A stretch of DNA of 64,000 bases from Leptonemataceae bacterium (GTDB taxonomy: Bacteria; Spirochaetota; Leptospiria; Leptospirales; Leptonemataceae). Made by a program: the position numbers and the translations under genes. Below the pieces are notes generated by a model. It worked only from the letters and a program-made list of their open reading frames with translations, made no database searches and had not been told where the DNA came from. Position 1 is the stretch's first letter; the number at the start of each line of letters is the position of its first letter. Shown piece by piece: positions 39,126-49,549 of the stretch. The stretch spans positions 3,808,001 to 3,872,000 of the forward strand of contig OZ245742.1 in NCBI GenBank assembly GCA_965227295.1, given 5' to 3'.

Positions 39126-40070
39126 ATGAGTTACATTGAGGCCGGAGAACTCCTCGAAAAAAAGCCGGAGCTGGGTCTACAGCTCGTGGCCGGGGAGGGC
39201 GGTCTCGGTCGTCACCTGGTCTCCATCGACGTGAACCGGCCCGGCCTCGCCCTGGCCGGATACTACCGCAACTTTGCCGCGGACCGCATCCAGGTTTTCG
39301 GCCGCGGCGAAACCGCATACCTCGAGGATTGCAACGACAGCGATCTCGAACGCATCATCGCGGAGTTCTTTCGCTTCGAACATCCCGGTCTCATTTTCAC
39401 GCACGACAAACGTCCGCCGAAGCAGTTCGTCGACGCCTCGATGGAAACGAGCACCCCCTTGTTCAGCACGGGGATGACCACGCACAACTTTATTGTCCAG
39501 TTCACACGCTTTATGAGCGAGGAGTTGGCGCCGAGCACGTCGTTGCACGGCGTGTTGATCGACGTCTTCGGCGTCGGCATTCTTTTGATGGGACCGAGCG
39601 GCATCGGTAAATCCGAAACGGCCCTGGAACTCGTCGAGCGCGGTCACCGCCTGGTGGCCGACGACATCGTGCACATTCGCTGCGTGGATGAGAGCGATCT
39701 GGTGGGCATGGCCAGCGAGGTGATTCAACATCACATGGAACTGCGCGGTGTGGGCATCATCAACGTCAAAGATCTGTTCGGCGTCGGCGCGATCCTGGGG
39801 CGTTGCCGCATCAACCTGGTCATTCGCATGGAGGACTGGGATCAGGAAAAGGACTACGAACGCCTGGGCCTGGAAGACGAGTACGTCGACATCCTGGGCG
39901 TCAAGGTTCCACGCATTCTGCTTCCGGTGCGGCCCGGTCGGAACGTGCCCATTCTCATTGAAACGGCGGCCATGAACCATCGCTCGAAGCGTATGGGCTA
40001 TCACGCGGCGCGGGAATTGTCCCAACGCATCAGCCGGCAGATTTCCGAAAAGAGCACCAAACGACCCTAG
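39126..40070 (+). CDS. hprK: HPr kinase/phosphorylase
   Basis: NRPGLALAG, GPSGIGKSETALEL..RGHRLVADD, ELRGVGII, PVRPGRN. Confidence 0.97.
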   Translation: MSYIEAGELLEKKPELGLQLVAGEGGLGRHLVSIDVNRPGLALAGYYRNFAADRIQVFGRGETAYLEDCNDSDLERIIAEFFRFEHPGLIFTHDKRPPKQFVDASMETSTPLFSTGMTTHNFIVQFTRFMSEELAPSTSLHGVLIDVFGVGILLMGPSGIGKSETALELVERGHRLVADDIVHIRCVDESDLVGMASEVIQHHMELRGVGIINVKDLFGVGAILGRCRINLVIRMEDWDQEKDYERLGLEDEYVDILGVKVPRILLPVRPGRNVPILIETAAMNHRSKRMGYHAARELSQRISRQISEKSTKRP

Positions 40071-40098
40071 GTGCTTTTGATCATCAATCAGGCTTAAC

Positions 40099-40356
40099 AT
40101 GCAATCGAGAGAAATTACCATCACTCATGCCGAGGGCGTACACGCTCGCCCCGCTTCGATCTTCGTCCGGGAGGCGGCGAAGTTTCAATCCGAGGTCACG
40201 CTGACATCCGACGGCACCACCGTGAACGGTAAATCCATCATGGGTTTGCTCATGCTCGCGTTGAACAGCGGCGCGGTGGTCACGCTGGAAACCGACGGCA
40301 GCGACGAAGAGGACGCCGCCGAGAAACTCGCCGGGATTCTCTCAGGGAGTTTCTAA
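40099..40356 (+). CDS. ptsH: HPr-family phosphocarrier protein
   Basis: GVHARPA (His15) and NGKSIMGLLML (Ser46). Confidence 0.93.
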   Translation: MQSREITITHAEGVHARPASIFVREAAKFQSEVTLTSDGTTVNGKSIMGLLMLALNSGAVVTLETDGSDEEDAAEKLAGILSGSF

Positions 40357-40358
40357 AG

Positions 40359-42191
40359 ATGGTGGGAGTGCGCACGTCTTCGAACGCTCCCTGGCAACAG
40401 GAAGAGCGCAAGATCTATCTGCGGGACATCTTTTTTCTCGCGCTGATCGTCGTCGTAAGCGTGCTTGTCTCGGAGCAATTTCTGCTGAACGAAGAGGCGA
40501 CCATCGTGGATCGCATCTTCACGTACCTGTTGCTCTTCATTCCCATGGGCACGTTCAATCTGATTGCCCACTACTACTACCGCAATCGCCGCATTCGCCA
40601 GACCGGGAATCTACGCAGCAGCCTGCGCTATCGCCTGAGCATTGCGTTCATGCTGATCGCCATCATTCCGTCGATTCCCATCTTTCTGATTTCCGCGAAC
40701 AACGTGGAGCAGGTCGTGGAATCGCTGTTTAACGTGGACGTGGCCGGCGCCATGGAATCGGCCCAGGCCGCCATCCGTTACTATGAACGCCAGGAAGCGG
40801 ATCGCTTTTATCAAGAAATCACCGCGGCGGCGCCGGCCCTGAAAGACGGGACGACCGACAATCCCGGACGTGATATCAATCGGCTGCGCGAGGCGGGCAT
40901 CCTGGTTGCCGGTAAGGATTTCGTCGGCGTCTCCCACGGCGGCCAGTTCGTCTTCGCCTCCGGCAACGCGTACCGCGGAGAGAAGATGCCGCTTTTCAGC
41001 GAGGCCGGAAACTACAGCGCGCCCTTCGCCGCGGCGCGCTGGAAGGGCATCGACTATATCTTTTATCGCTTCGACGCCGTGGACGCGGAGCGCGAAATCA
41101 ACGGCCACCTCATTGTCGGGCAACGGTTGCATCCGGGCCTGGAAGACCACGTTACGAACTACCAGCGTGTGCACGACAGTTTCGAAGAGGTGGGCTTCTG
41201 GAATCAACAGGTGCCGGGCACGCTGCGCCTGGGACTCGCGTTGCTCTACGTATTCATGATTTGCTCCGCGCTGGTGATCTCGCTCTTGATCGCACGACAG
41301 ATATCGCTGCCCATCGTCTCCCTGGCGGCGGCGACGCGCCAGGTGGCGGACGGTGATCTGGACACCCGCCTGGATTTGAAGGCGAGCGGTGAGCTGGGCA
41401 TCCTCATCGAAAGTTTCAATCAGATGACCTTAGAGCTGCGCAGCCTGCGCGAACGATTGCTGCATTCCCAACGCCTGGCCGCCTGGCAGGAGGTCGCGCG
41501 GCGTCTCGCCCATGAAATCAAGAACCCGCTCACGCCCATTCAGCTGAGCGCGGATCGAATGATTCGCCGTCTGGAGCGGCCGGAGAAAGGGAACCTCGCC
41601 GATGTGGTGCGCAACGGTTGTCGGACGATCATCGAACAGGTAAAAGTACTCAAGGAACTCGTTTCGGAGTTCGCATCGTTCGCGCGTCTTCCCCGCGCGC
41701 GCATGCAGGAATCGAATCTGGACGCCATCGTCTCCGAGGCGGTGAACGGTTTCCAGGCCGTAGTCCCCGGCATATCCATCGAGATGCGCCTCGCCGGAAA
41801 CCTGCCGGAGATCCCCCTCGACCGAACCATCATCATCGGTATGACCAACAATCTCGTCAAGAATGCCGTGGAGTCCATTGCCTCCCAGCCGGCGGAGCAG
41901 CGGCGGAATCCCCAGCGCGTCGTCCTCTCGACGGCGTTGATTCGCCAGGGCATTCGACGTTTTGTCCGACTGCGCGTTGAGGACAGCGGCCCGGGCATCG
42001 AAGAAGACTTGCGCGATCGCATCTTCGAACCTTACTTTACCACCAAGGGTCGGGCCGGCAGCGGCCTCGGCCTGTCCATCGTGGAACGCTCGGCCATGGA
42101 ACACGACGCCCGGCTACAGGTGGGCGCGTCTTCCCTGGGCGGGGCTGAGTTTACGATACTCTTTCCGCTCCCGGATCCTTCCGGGCGCTAA
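40359..42191 (+). CDS. NtrY-like HAMP sensor histidine kinase
   Basis: AAWQEVARRLAHEIKNPLTPIQLSA, NLVKNA, DSGPGI, FEPYFTTK, GSGLGLSIV. Confidence 0.92.
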   Translation: MVGVRTSSNAPWQQEERKIYLRDIFFLALIVVVSVLVSEQFLLNEEATIVDRIFTYLLLFIPMGTFNLIAHYYYRNRRIRQTGNLRSSLRYRLSIAFMLIAIIPSIPIFLISANNVEQVVESLFNVDVAGAMESAQAAIRYYERQEADRFYQEITAAAPALKDGTTDNPGRDINRLREAGILVAGKDFVGVSHGGQFVFASGNAYRGEKMPLFSEAGNYSAPFAAARWKGIDYIFYRFDAVDAEREINGHLIVGQRLHPGLEDHVTNYQRVHDSFEEVGFWNQQVPGTLRLGLALLYVFMICSALVISLLIARQISLPIVSLAAATRQVADGDLDTRLDLKASGELGILIESFNQMTLELRSLRERLLHSQRLAAWQEVARRLAHEIKNPLTPIQLSADRMIRRLERPEKGNLADVVRNGCRTIIEQVKVLKELVSEFASFARLPRARMQESNLDAIVSEAVNGFQAVVPGISIEMRLAGNLPEIPLDRTIIIGMTNNLVKNAVESIASQPAEQRRNPQRVVLSTALIRQGIRRFVRLRVEDSGPGIEEDLRDRIFEPYFTTKGRAGSGLGLSIVERSAMEHDARLQVGASSLGGAEFTILFPLPDPSGR

Positions 42192-42220
42192 GTTACGCGA
42201 AGTTAGCATTTAGAAATTTT

Positions 42221-43582
42221 ATGAAGATTTTTGTCGTAGACGATGATAAGAGCATCCGCCGAACGCTGCGCGAGATCCTGGAGGACGAGGACTTCGAGGT
42301 CGAGGACTTCGCCACCGGTCGTTCCATGCTTAAGGCCCTCGAAAAAAAGGGCCGGCCCGCGCTCGTGTTGCTCGATGTCTGGATGGGCAAAGAAGACGGC
42401 ATTGAGATTCTCGACAAAATCAAAGAGACCTATCCGGCCCTGCCGGTGTTGATGATCTCCGGGCACGGTACGATTGAACAGGCGGTGCAGGCCACGAAGA
42501 AGGGCGCCGTCGATTTCCTGGAGAAGCCGCTCTCTCTGGATACGGTGCTCGCGCGCATTGCCGAGATATTAAAACCGGGCAAGGCGAACGGCAAAAGCGA
42601 CGCCCCGCCGCCCGAGTTGGAGTTCGACGACATCATCGGTACGTCCGAAGAGATCGTGAATGTGAAACGCGCCATCGCCCAGGCCGCACGCACGAACGCG
42701 CGCGTGTTCATCTACGGCGAGAACGGCGTGGGCAAGGAACTGGTCGCCCGGGCGATTTACAAAAACTCGAAGCGCCGCGACGATACTTTCGTCGAAGTCA
42801 ACTGCGCCGCCATCCCGGAAGAACTCATCGAAAGCGAACTCTTCGGTCACGAGAAGGGCGCTTTCACCGGCGCCACCGAACAACGCATCGGCAAGTTCGA
42901 GCAGGCCAGTGGCGGCACGCTCTTTCTCGACGAAATCTGCGACATGTCGCTCGCTACTCAGGCGCGCGTACTGCGCGTCCTGCAGGAACAGCGTTTTTCC
43001 CGCGTGGGCGGCGGCGACAACATCGAGGTGGACGTGCGCATCATTGCGGCGACGAACATCCGTCCGGAAGAAGCGATCCGGGAAGGTCGTTTCCGCGAGG
43101 ACCTCTACTATCGACTGAACGTCATACCCATCGACATGCCGCCGCTGCGCGAACGGACGGGAGACATCGCGCTCCTGCTGGATCATTTTCTGCGCGAGTC
43201 CGCCAGTGAAAACCAGATCCCCATCAAGAAGTTTACCAACAAGGCCGTGGAAGCCCTCGTGAACTATGCCTGGCCCGGTAACGTCCGCGAGCTCAAGAAC
43301 GTCGTCGAGCGCCTGTCCATCATGAGCGGCGACGACGAAACCGAGATTACCGAGGAAACCGTGGCCCAGCACCTGAACGACGCGCGCAATCGCGGCAATA
43401 ACGAGGTACAACTCACCGGCGATCTGCGCAAGGCCCGGGAAAATTTCGAACGTTCGTACATCATCGAAGCCCTGCGCAAACACGAAAAGAACATCAGTCG
43501 GGCGGCACGTTTCCTGGGTATCGAACGCACGAACCTGCACCGCAAAATGAAGTCACTCAGCATCGATCCGGAGGAGATCTGA
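42221..43582 (+). CDS. NtrX/NtrC-like sigma54-dependent response regulator
   Basis: REC domain (DDD, LDVW, KP); GENGVGKE, ESELFGHEKGAFTGA, LFLDEI, WPGNVREL; Fis-type HTH. Confidence 0.95.
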   Translation: MKIFVVDDDKSIRRTLREILEDEDFEVEDFATGRSMLKALEKKGRPALVLLDVWMGKEDGIEILDKIKETYPALPVLMISGHGTIEQAVQATKKGAVDFLEKPLSLDTVLARIAEILKPGKANGKSDAPPPELEFDDIIGTSEEIVNVKRAIAQAARTNARVFIYGENGVGKELVARAIYKNSKRRDDTFVEVNCAAIPEELIESELFGHEKGAFTGATEQRIGKFEQASGGTLFLDEICDMSLATQARVLRVLQEQRFSRVGGGDNIEVDVRIIAATNIRPEEAIREGRFREDLYYRLNVIPIDMPPLRERTGDIALLLDHFLRESASENQIPIKKFTNKAVEALVNYAWPGNVRELKNVVERLSIMSGDDETEITEETVAQHLNDARNRGNNEVQLTGDLRKARENFERSYIIEALRKHEKNISRAARFLGIERTNLHRKMKSLSIDPEEI

Positions 43583-43606
43583 GCCGCGCGGCTTAGCTTA
43601 CGAAAG

Positions 43607-44473
43607 ATGCAGGTTAGCGCCAACGACATCGCCGTCCTCATGCAGGACTTCGCCGATCTCCTGGAAGAGGAGCCCGGCGCCTGGATTCCGTGTCTGGACG
43701 ATGAGCCGCCTCCCGAAGAAATCGAGTTGATCGCCTACAGTGCGCCGGCGGCGAGTCCCGCCGCGGCTGCGACTACGACGGCATCTCCGGCCGCGCAGAG
43801 GCCGGCGGCCCCGCCGCCCCGGGAACTGCCGGCAAACTTCCGCTGCACACTGTGCCCCGATCGCATGTACCCGGTGCGCCGCTACAATCGGTCCGGTCGC
43901 AAGCCGGTCCTGGTCCTGTATCATGGCGGCTCCTTCGGCAAAGGCCCGGCGCGCCTTGACCGCAGCCGGGATTTTATCTTCGGCAGCGCCGAAGAGGACG
44001 ACCTGTTTGAACGCATGCTGGGAGCTGTAGATTCCGGAGAGACGAAGTTAGTGCTCGAGGATTTGCATTACCAGGAGTATCCCGCGTGTCACTTCAACGC
44101 CGTGCGTTCAACACCGGACGATTGGCGCGATCGCGGGGCGCATTGCCTGACTCACGTCCACGACACCGTGGAGCGTGAGGGCATCCGTCTGTTGATTCTC
44201 ACCGGACCGGCCGCGGTGATCCTCCTCGGCCCGGAGCGCGCGCGGGAACTCTCCGAGAGTTGTGAACGCATCGGCGTGAATACCGGCTCACGCGAGATTC
44301 CCGCTCTGGTCATGCGTTCTCCGGCGGCTCTCCTGGCTCTGGAAGCGAAACGCAAGCGACTCCAGCGCGCCGACGCCGACGATGCGCGGTACCGTGAGAC
44401 GGCCGAACAAGAAAAGAGCATCAAACGGCAGATGCTCACCGCGCTCCAGGCGGCTCTGGCCGGGGTCTCATAA
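43607..44473 (+). CDS. Hypothetical protein with divergent uracil-DNA glycosylase family 4-like fold
   Basis: CTLC...LFERML...YPACHF...HCLTH...LILTGPAAVILLG...RSPAALL parallels UDG family 4 motif spacing. Confidence 0.55.
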   Translation: MQVSANDIAVLMQDFADLLEEEPGAWIPCLDDEPPPEEIELIAYSAPAASPAAAATTTASPAAQRPAAPPPRELPANFRCTLCPDRMYPVRRYNRSGRKPVLVLYHGGSFGKGPARLDRSRDFIFGSAEEDDLFERMLGAVDSGETKLVLEDLHYQEYPACHFNAVRSTPDDWRDRGAHCLTHVHDTVEREGIRLLILTGPAAVILLGPERARELSESCERIGVNTGSREIPALVMRSPAALLALEAKRKRLQRADADDARYRETAEQEKSIKRQMLTALQAALAGVS

Positions 44474-44515
44474 CATTTCGAAACCGCGCGGATTCGCCCG
44501 CTTCCCAACAGACTC

Positions 44516-46501
44516 ATGTTCGACCACTACGCAGACGTCGCCGTACGCCTCCCGATTCCCGGAACGTTCACGTATCGCGTGCCGGACGAATTGCAGGATA
44601 CGATTCGGCCGGGCATGCGGGTCCAGGTCTCGTTTCGCAATCGCGACGAGGAAGCCGTGGTCTGCGTAATACATCCGAACGCCCCGGAATTCGAGGTGTT
44701 GCCGCTTACGAAACTCATCGACAGCGAAGCGATCTTAACCGAATATCAACTCAAGTTAGGATTCTGGATGGCGGAGTATTACCTGGCGGGACCCGGGGAG
44801 TGCCTGTTCAAAATGTTCCCCGCCGGCCGGCGCTATCCGAAGCGCCTCGAAAAACGCCGCCGTTCTCCGGCCGCACCGAATCACGAACTGAACGCGGAAC
44901 AGGAAGCCGCCTATCGCTCCATCATGGCGGCGCGGCCCGGGGAGGGGGCGCATCTCATCCACGGCGTCACCGGCTCCGGCAAAACCGAAATCTACATCCA
45001 CTTAATCCTCGACGCCCTCCGGCAAAACCGCGGCGCGCTCCTGCTCGTACCGGAAATCACACTCACCGTGCAGTTGATCGAACGCCTGCGTTCCGTTTTT
45101 GGTGATGAGCTGGCGTTGCTGCATTCCGCCCTCGGCGGGTCGGAACGATTCGGCTCGTACGTACACGTCCTCCGCGGCGATCAACGCATCGCGGTGGGGA
45201 CGCGTTCCGCTGTCTTCGCCCCGGTTCTGGATCCCGGCGTGATCATCCTCGATGAAGAACACGATGCATCTTACAAAGAACACAGCGCGCCGCGTTACGA
45301 CGCCCGGCAGATCGCGCACAAACGAGCCACGGATCACGGCGCTCACCTGGTGCTGGGCTCGGCCACACCCCGCATCGAAACGGCGTATCATGCCCGGGCC
45401 ATGTCCGAAACGACGGGCTTTCGGTACTATCGACTCAGCGGGCGGGCCACGGGGGCGGAGTTGCCGGACGTACGCTTGACGAAGATCGCCTCCGGCGATG
45501 CGCCGCTCGGCGGGGATACCTTAAATGAACTTGAGAAGAACTTAAAGGCCGGCCGGCAGACGATCCTCCTGCTGAACCGGCGGGGCTATCATCCGTTCGT
45601 GTACTGCGCCAACTGCGAACGCACCGAGAGCTGCCCGAACTGTTCGGTGGCGTTGAACCTGCACCGGGACAGTCGACTGCTCTGTCACTACTGCGCGTAT
45701 GAGCGCGAGTATCGCGGGGAGTGTTCGAACTGCGGCGGTCCGGCGCGGCCCGTGGGCAGCGGTACGCAGAAGCTCGAGGAGTTTTTGCTGAATCTCTATC
45801 CCGACGCACGCCTGGAACGCCTGGACGCCGACGCCGCGACGAAGCGCCACGCCGTACGGGACTGCATCAATCGTCTCATCGATGGAGAGATCGACATTCT
45901 GCTCGGCACGCAAATGATCGCCAAAGGTCTCGACGCACCGAACGTTACGCTGGTGTCCGTGCTGCAGGCCGATCACGGTTTCGCGCTGCCGGACTTTCGC
46001 GCCGCGGAGCGCACGTTCTCGCTGCTCACCCAGGTGGCAGGCCGGGCGGGGCGCGGCGAGCACAAGGGCCGGGTCATCTTCGAATGTCTGAACCCCGCGA
46101 ATCCTGTACTGCATCATGCCGCGCGCCAGGACTACGAAGCCTTTTATCGCGAGGAAGTCGTGATGCGCAAGGCCTCCGGTTATCCGCCGTTTACGCGCAT
46201 CGTGCGACTGCTCTACCGGGGTGAGGACGAGGGGGCCACACGCACGGCCGCGAATCGCCTGGCCGGGCGCCTCCAGCGGGCCCCGGAGCTCGCGACGGCC
46301 GATCATACGACACTCCTCGGCCCGGCGCCGGCGCCCCTGGAAAAGCTGCACAATCAGTACCGCTATCACATGATCCTCAAAACCGGTCGCATGCGGCGTT
46401 TGCGGGAGATTCTGTCGGAGCTACTCGCCGACGAGCGCGGGAGCGGCGGGGGGGCGAAGCTTCATCTGGAAGTGGATTTCGACCCGGTGGATCTTTTGTA
46501 A
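44516..46501 (+). CDS. priA: Primosomal protein N' (replication restart helicase)
   Basis: HGVTGSGKTEIY, LVPEI, DEEHD, LGSATP, LNRRGY, four CxxC motifs, GTQMIAKG, QVAGRAGR. Confidence 0.97.
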   Translation: MFDHYADVAVRLPIPGTFTYRVPDELQDTIRPGMRVQVSFRNRDEEAVVCVIHPNAPEFEVLPLTKLIDSEAILTEYQLKLGFWMAEYYLAGPGECLFKMFPAGRRYPKRLEKRRRSPAAPNHELNAEQEAAYRSIMAARPGEGAHLIHGVTGSGKTEIYIHLILDALRQNRGALLLVPEITLTVQLIERLRSVFGDELALLHSALGGSERFGSYVHVLRGDQRIAVGTRSAVFAPVLDPGVIILDEEHDASYKEHSAPRYDARQIAHKRATDHGAHLVLGSATPRIETAYHARAMSETTGFRYYRLSGRATGAELPDVRLTKIASGDAPLGGDTLNELEKNLKAGRQTILLLNRRGYHPFVYCANCERTESCPNCSVALNLHRDSRLLCHYCAYEREYRGECSNCGGPARPVGSGTQKLEEFLLNLYPDARLERLDADAATKRHAVRDCINRLIDGEIDILLGTQMIAKGLDAPNVTLVSVLQADHGFALPDFRAAERTFSLLTQVAGRAGRGEHKGRVIFECLNPANPVLHHAARQDYEAFYREEVVMRKASGYPPFTRIVRLLYRGEDEGATRTAANRLAGRLQRAPELATADHTTLLGPAPAPLEKLHNQYRYHMILKTGRMRRLREILSELLADERGSGGGAKLHLEVDFDPVDLL

Positions 46502-46585
46502 AATTTTTGTACCGTGAATGGTAGCGGCGAAAATTCCCTTTTAGACATAATGCGTCTGGAATAATTGGTAAAGCTCGGAGGAAGT

Positions 46586-49525
46586 ATGCAAAACAGCATG
46601 CAATTTACGGATCGATACGAACAACGCCACATCGGGCCCGGCCCGGCAGAGTTGCAGGCCATGCTCGACGTTGTCGGCGCCGACAGCCTGGAGGCCCTCA
46701 TCGAGGAGACCGTGCCTGCTTCCATTCGTCTGGACGCACCGGTCCTCGAAGCCATCCCCGAATCCTCCGCCGAGTCGGTCTTCATCAAAGAGGCCGCCGA
46801 TCTGGCCGCGCGTAACAAAGTCTTCAAAAGCTACATCGGCCTGGGATATTCTGACTGCATCACGCCCGCCGTCATCGCGCGGAACATCTTCGAGAATCCG
46901 GGTTGGTACACCCAGTACACCCCGTACCAGGCGGAAATCTCCCAGGGCCGTCTTGAGGCCCTGCTGAATTTCCAGACCGTGGTTATGGATCTTACCGGTA
47001 TGGCCATCGCCAATGCTTCGTTGCTGGACGAGGGCACCGCCGCCGCCGAGGCCATGGCCATGTTACATCGTCTGCGCCCGCCCGCGGTTTCTAAACGGGA
47101 GGCGCACACGTTCTTCGTCGCGGACGATTGTCTCCCGCAAACCATCGAGGTGGTACGCGGCCGGGCCGAGCCCCTGGGCATTCAGGTCGAAGTCGGCAGC
47201 GCCGCGGACTACCAGCCGAAGGACGAACACTTTGCAATCCTGCTCCAGTATCCCGCGGCCGACGGAGCCGTGCATGAGTACACCGGCATCATCCAGGCCG
47301 CTCAGGCGCACGGCATTCGCTGCGTGGTGGCCGCCGATCTGTTGTCGCTCACGTTGCTGCAGCCGCCCGGGGAATTCGGCGCCGACGTGGTCGTGGGAAA
47401 CACCCAGCGTTTCGGTGTCCCCCTGGGCTACGGCGGGCCCCACGCCGCGTTCTTCGCCACGCGGGACGACTACAAACGTTCCATGCCCGGTCGTTTGATC
47501 GGCGTCTCGGTGGACCGGCACGGCAAGGCCGCGTTTCGCCTGGCGTTGCAAACCCGGGAGCAACACATTCGTCGCGAGAAAGCCACGTCCAACATCTGCA
47601 CGGCCCAGGCACTGCTGGCCATCATGGCGTCGATGTACGCCGTCTATCACGGACCGGACGGACTGAAGGCCATTGCCGAACGCGTGCATCGACTCGCGCG
47701 CACCCTGGAAAAAGCACTCTCCGATCTCGGCTACGAACAACTGAACGCGGCGTACTTCGATACGCTGCAACTGCGCATACCGGCCGAAAAAATGGAACGT
47801 CTGGAGAGCGAGGCTTTGAACGCCGGCATCAATCTGCGTTACATCGACGACGAACGTGTGAGCATTGCCCTCGACGAAACCGTCAGCGCGAACGACCTGC
47901 GGAACCTGGTCATGGTCTTCGCCCGCACCGCCGATCAATCCACACAGTACGATCCGGCTTCGGTAACGGAGTCGGATCTACCGGAGCGCATCGCTACGAA
48001 AATTCAGCGCACCAGCGAATATCTCAGTCATCCTGTCTTTCACGCGCACCGCTCCGAAACGGCGATGATGCGTTACATCCGCGGGCTGGAACAGAAGGAC
48101 CTGGCGCTGAACACCGCCATGATCCCGCTGGGCTCGTGTACCATGAAACTCAACGCCGCCGCCGCGATGATTCCCGTAACGTTTGCCGGCTTTTCAAAGA
48201 TGCATCCGTTCGCGCCGGCGGATCAGGCCGAGGGTTATGCCGCCGTCTTCGCGGAACTGGAACGTTTTCTTTCGGACATCACCGGCTTTGCGGCAACGTC
48301 GCTGCAGCCGAACTCGGGCGCCCAGGGCGAGTATGCCGGCCTCATGGTCATTCGCGCGTTCCAGCGCGATCGCGGGGAAGGGCAGCGCAACGTTGCGTTG
48401 ATTCCCACATCGGCTCACGGTACCAATCCGGCCAGCGCTACCATGGCCGGCATGGACGTCGTCCTGGTAAAGTGCGACGACGACGGCAACATCGAGATCG
48501 ACGATCTGCGCGGCAAAGCCGAGAAGTACACGGATCGATTGTCCGCGCTGATGATCACCTACCCGTCGACGCACGGCGTCTTCGAAGAAGGCATCCGCGA
48601 GATCTGCGATATCGTTCATCAGCACGGCGGCCAGGTTTACATGGACGGCGCGAACATGAACGCCCAGGTGGGTCTCACATCTCCCGGTCGCATCGGGGCG
48701 GATGTCTGCCACCTCAATCTGCACAAGACCTTCAGCATTCCTCACGGCGGCGGCGGGCCCGGCATGGGACCGATCTGCGTTGCCGAACACCTGGAACCGT
48801 ATCTTCCCGGACACCCGCTGTCCGAGCGGGCCGGCGGAGAACGAGCCATCCCGGCCGTGGCCGCGGCACCCTACGGCAGCCCGAGCATCCTTCTGATTTC
48901 CTACGCCTACATCAAAATGCTCGGCCGGGACGGTCTGCCTGCCGCCACGAAGTATGCGGTCTTGAACGCGAACTACCTTAAGTCACGCCTGGATAAAGCT
49001 TACACTGTACTGTATACCGGCAAGAACGGTCGCGTGGCCCATGAGATGATTCTCGACATCCGTCCGTTCAAGAAGGCCGGCATCGACGTGGAAGACGTGG
49101 CGAAACGTTTGATCGATTACGGCTTTCATGCGCCGACCATGTCCTGGCCGGTACCGGGCACGCTCATGGTTGAACCCACGGAGAGCGAACCCAAAGAAGA
49201 GCTGGATCGTTTCGTCGAGGCCATGCTTACGATCCGTGAGGAAATTCAGGCAGTGATCGACGGCAAGGTCGATGCCGAGGACAACGTACTGAAGAACGCC
49301 CCGCATACCGCGGAAGAAGCCTGCGCCGATATCTGGAACCACGGCTACAGCCGACAGTCGGCAGTGTATCCGGTGCAGAGTCTGCGCGCGCAAAAGTTCT
49401 GGGCTCCGGTGGGGCGCATCGACAACGCGTACGGAGATCGCAATCTCATGTGCGCGTGTCCGCCCATCGAAGCCTATGCCGACGCCGAAGAGGCCGAACC
49501 GGCCGTGGCGAGTCCGGCCGGCTGA
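46586..49525 (+). CDS. gcvP: Glycine dehydrogenase (decarboxylating), single-chain P protein
   Basis: [45 protein letters not shown] (PLP Lys), [15 protein letters not shown] ribosome-binding site before ATG 46586. Confidence 0.98.
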   Translation: MQNSMQFTDRYEQRHIGPGPAELQAMLDVVGADSLEALIEETVPASIRLDAPVLEAIPESSAESVFIKEAADLAARNKVFKSYIGLGYSDCITPAVIARNIFENPGWYTQYTPYQAEISQGRLEALLNFQTVVMDLTGMAIANASLLDEGTAAAEAMAMLHRLRPPAVSKREAHTFFVADDCLPQTIEVVRGRAEPLGIQVEVGSAADYQPKDEHFAILLQYPAADGAVHEYTGIIQAAQAHGIRCVVAADLLSLTLLQPPGEFGADVVVGNTQRFGVPLGYGGPHAAFFATRDDYKRSMPGRLIGVSVDRHGKAAFRLALQTREQHIRREKATSNICTAQALLAIMASMYAVYHGPDGLKAIAERVHRLARTLEKALSDLGYEQLNAAYFDTLQLRIPAEKMERLESEALNAGINLRYIDDERVSIALDETVSANDLRNLVMVFARTADQSTQYDPASVTESDLPERIATKIQRTSEYLSHPVFHAHRSETAMMRYIRGLEQKDLALNTAMIPLGSCTMKLNAAAAMIPVTFAGFSKMHPFAPADQAEGYAAVFAELERFLSDITGFAATSLQPNSGAQGEYAGLMVIRAFQRDRGEGQRNVALIPTSAHGTNPASATMAGMDVVLVKCDDDGNIEIDDLRGKAEKYTDRLSALMITYPSTHGVFEEGIREICDIVHQHGGQVYMDGANMNAQVGLTSPGRIGADVCHLNLHKTFSIPHGGGGPGMGPICVAEHLEPYLPGHPLSERAGGERAIPAVAAAPYGSPSILLISYAYIKMLGRDGLPAATKYAVLNANYLKSRLDKAYTVLYTGKNGRVAHEMILDIRPFKKAGIDVEDVAKRLIDYGFHAPTMSWPVPGTLMVEPTESEPKEELDRFVEAMLTIREEIQAVIDGKVDAEDNVLKNAPHTAEEACADIWNHGYSRQSAVYPVQSLRAQKFWAPVGRIDNAYGDRNLMCACPPIEAYADAEEAEPAVASPAG

Positions 49526-49549
49526 ATCCGCCTGAGTAGACATTAGCGC

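Noticed and set aside
46502..46585. Glycine riboswitch upstream of gcvP
   Set aside because: The intergenic space is too short and lacks the conserved aptamer motifs.
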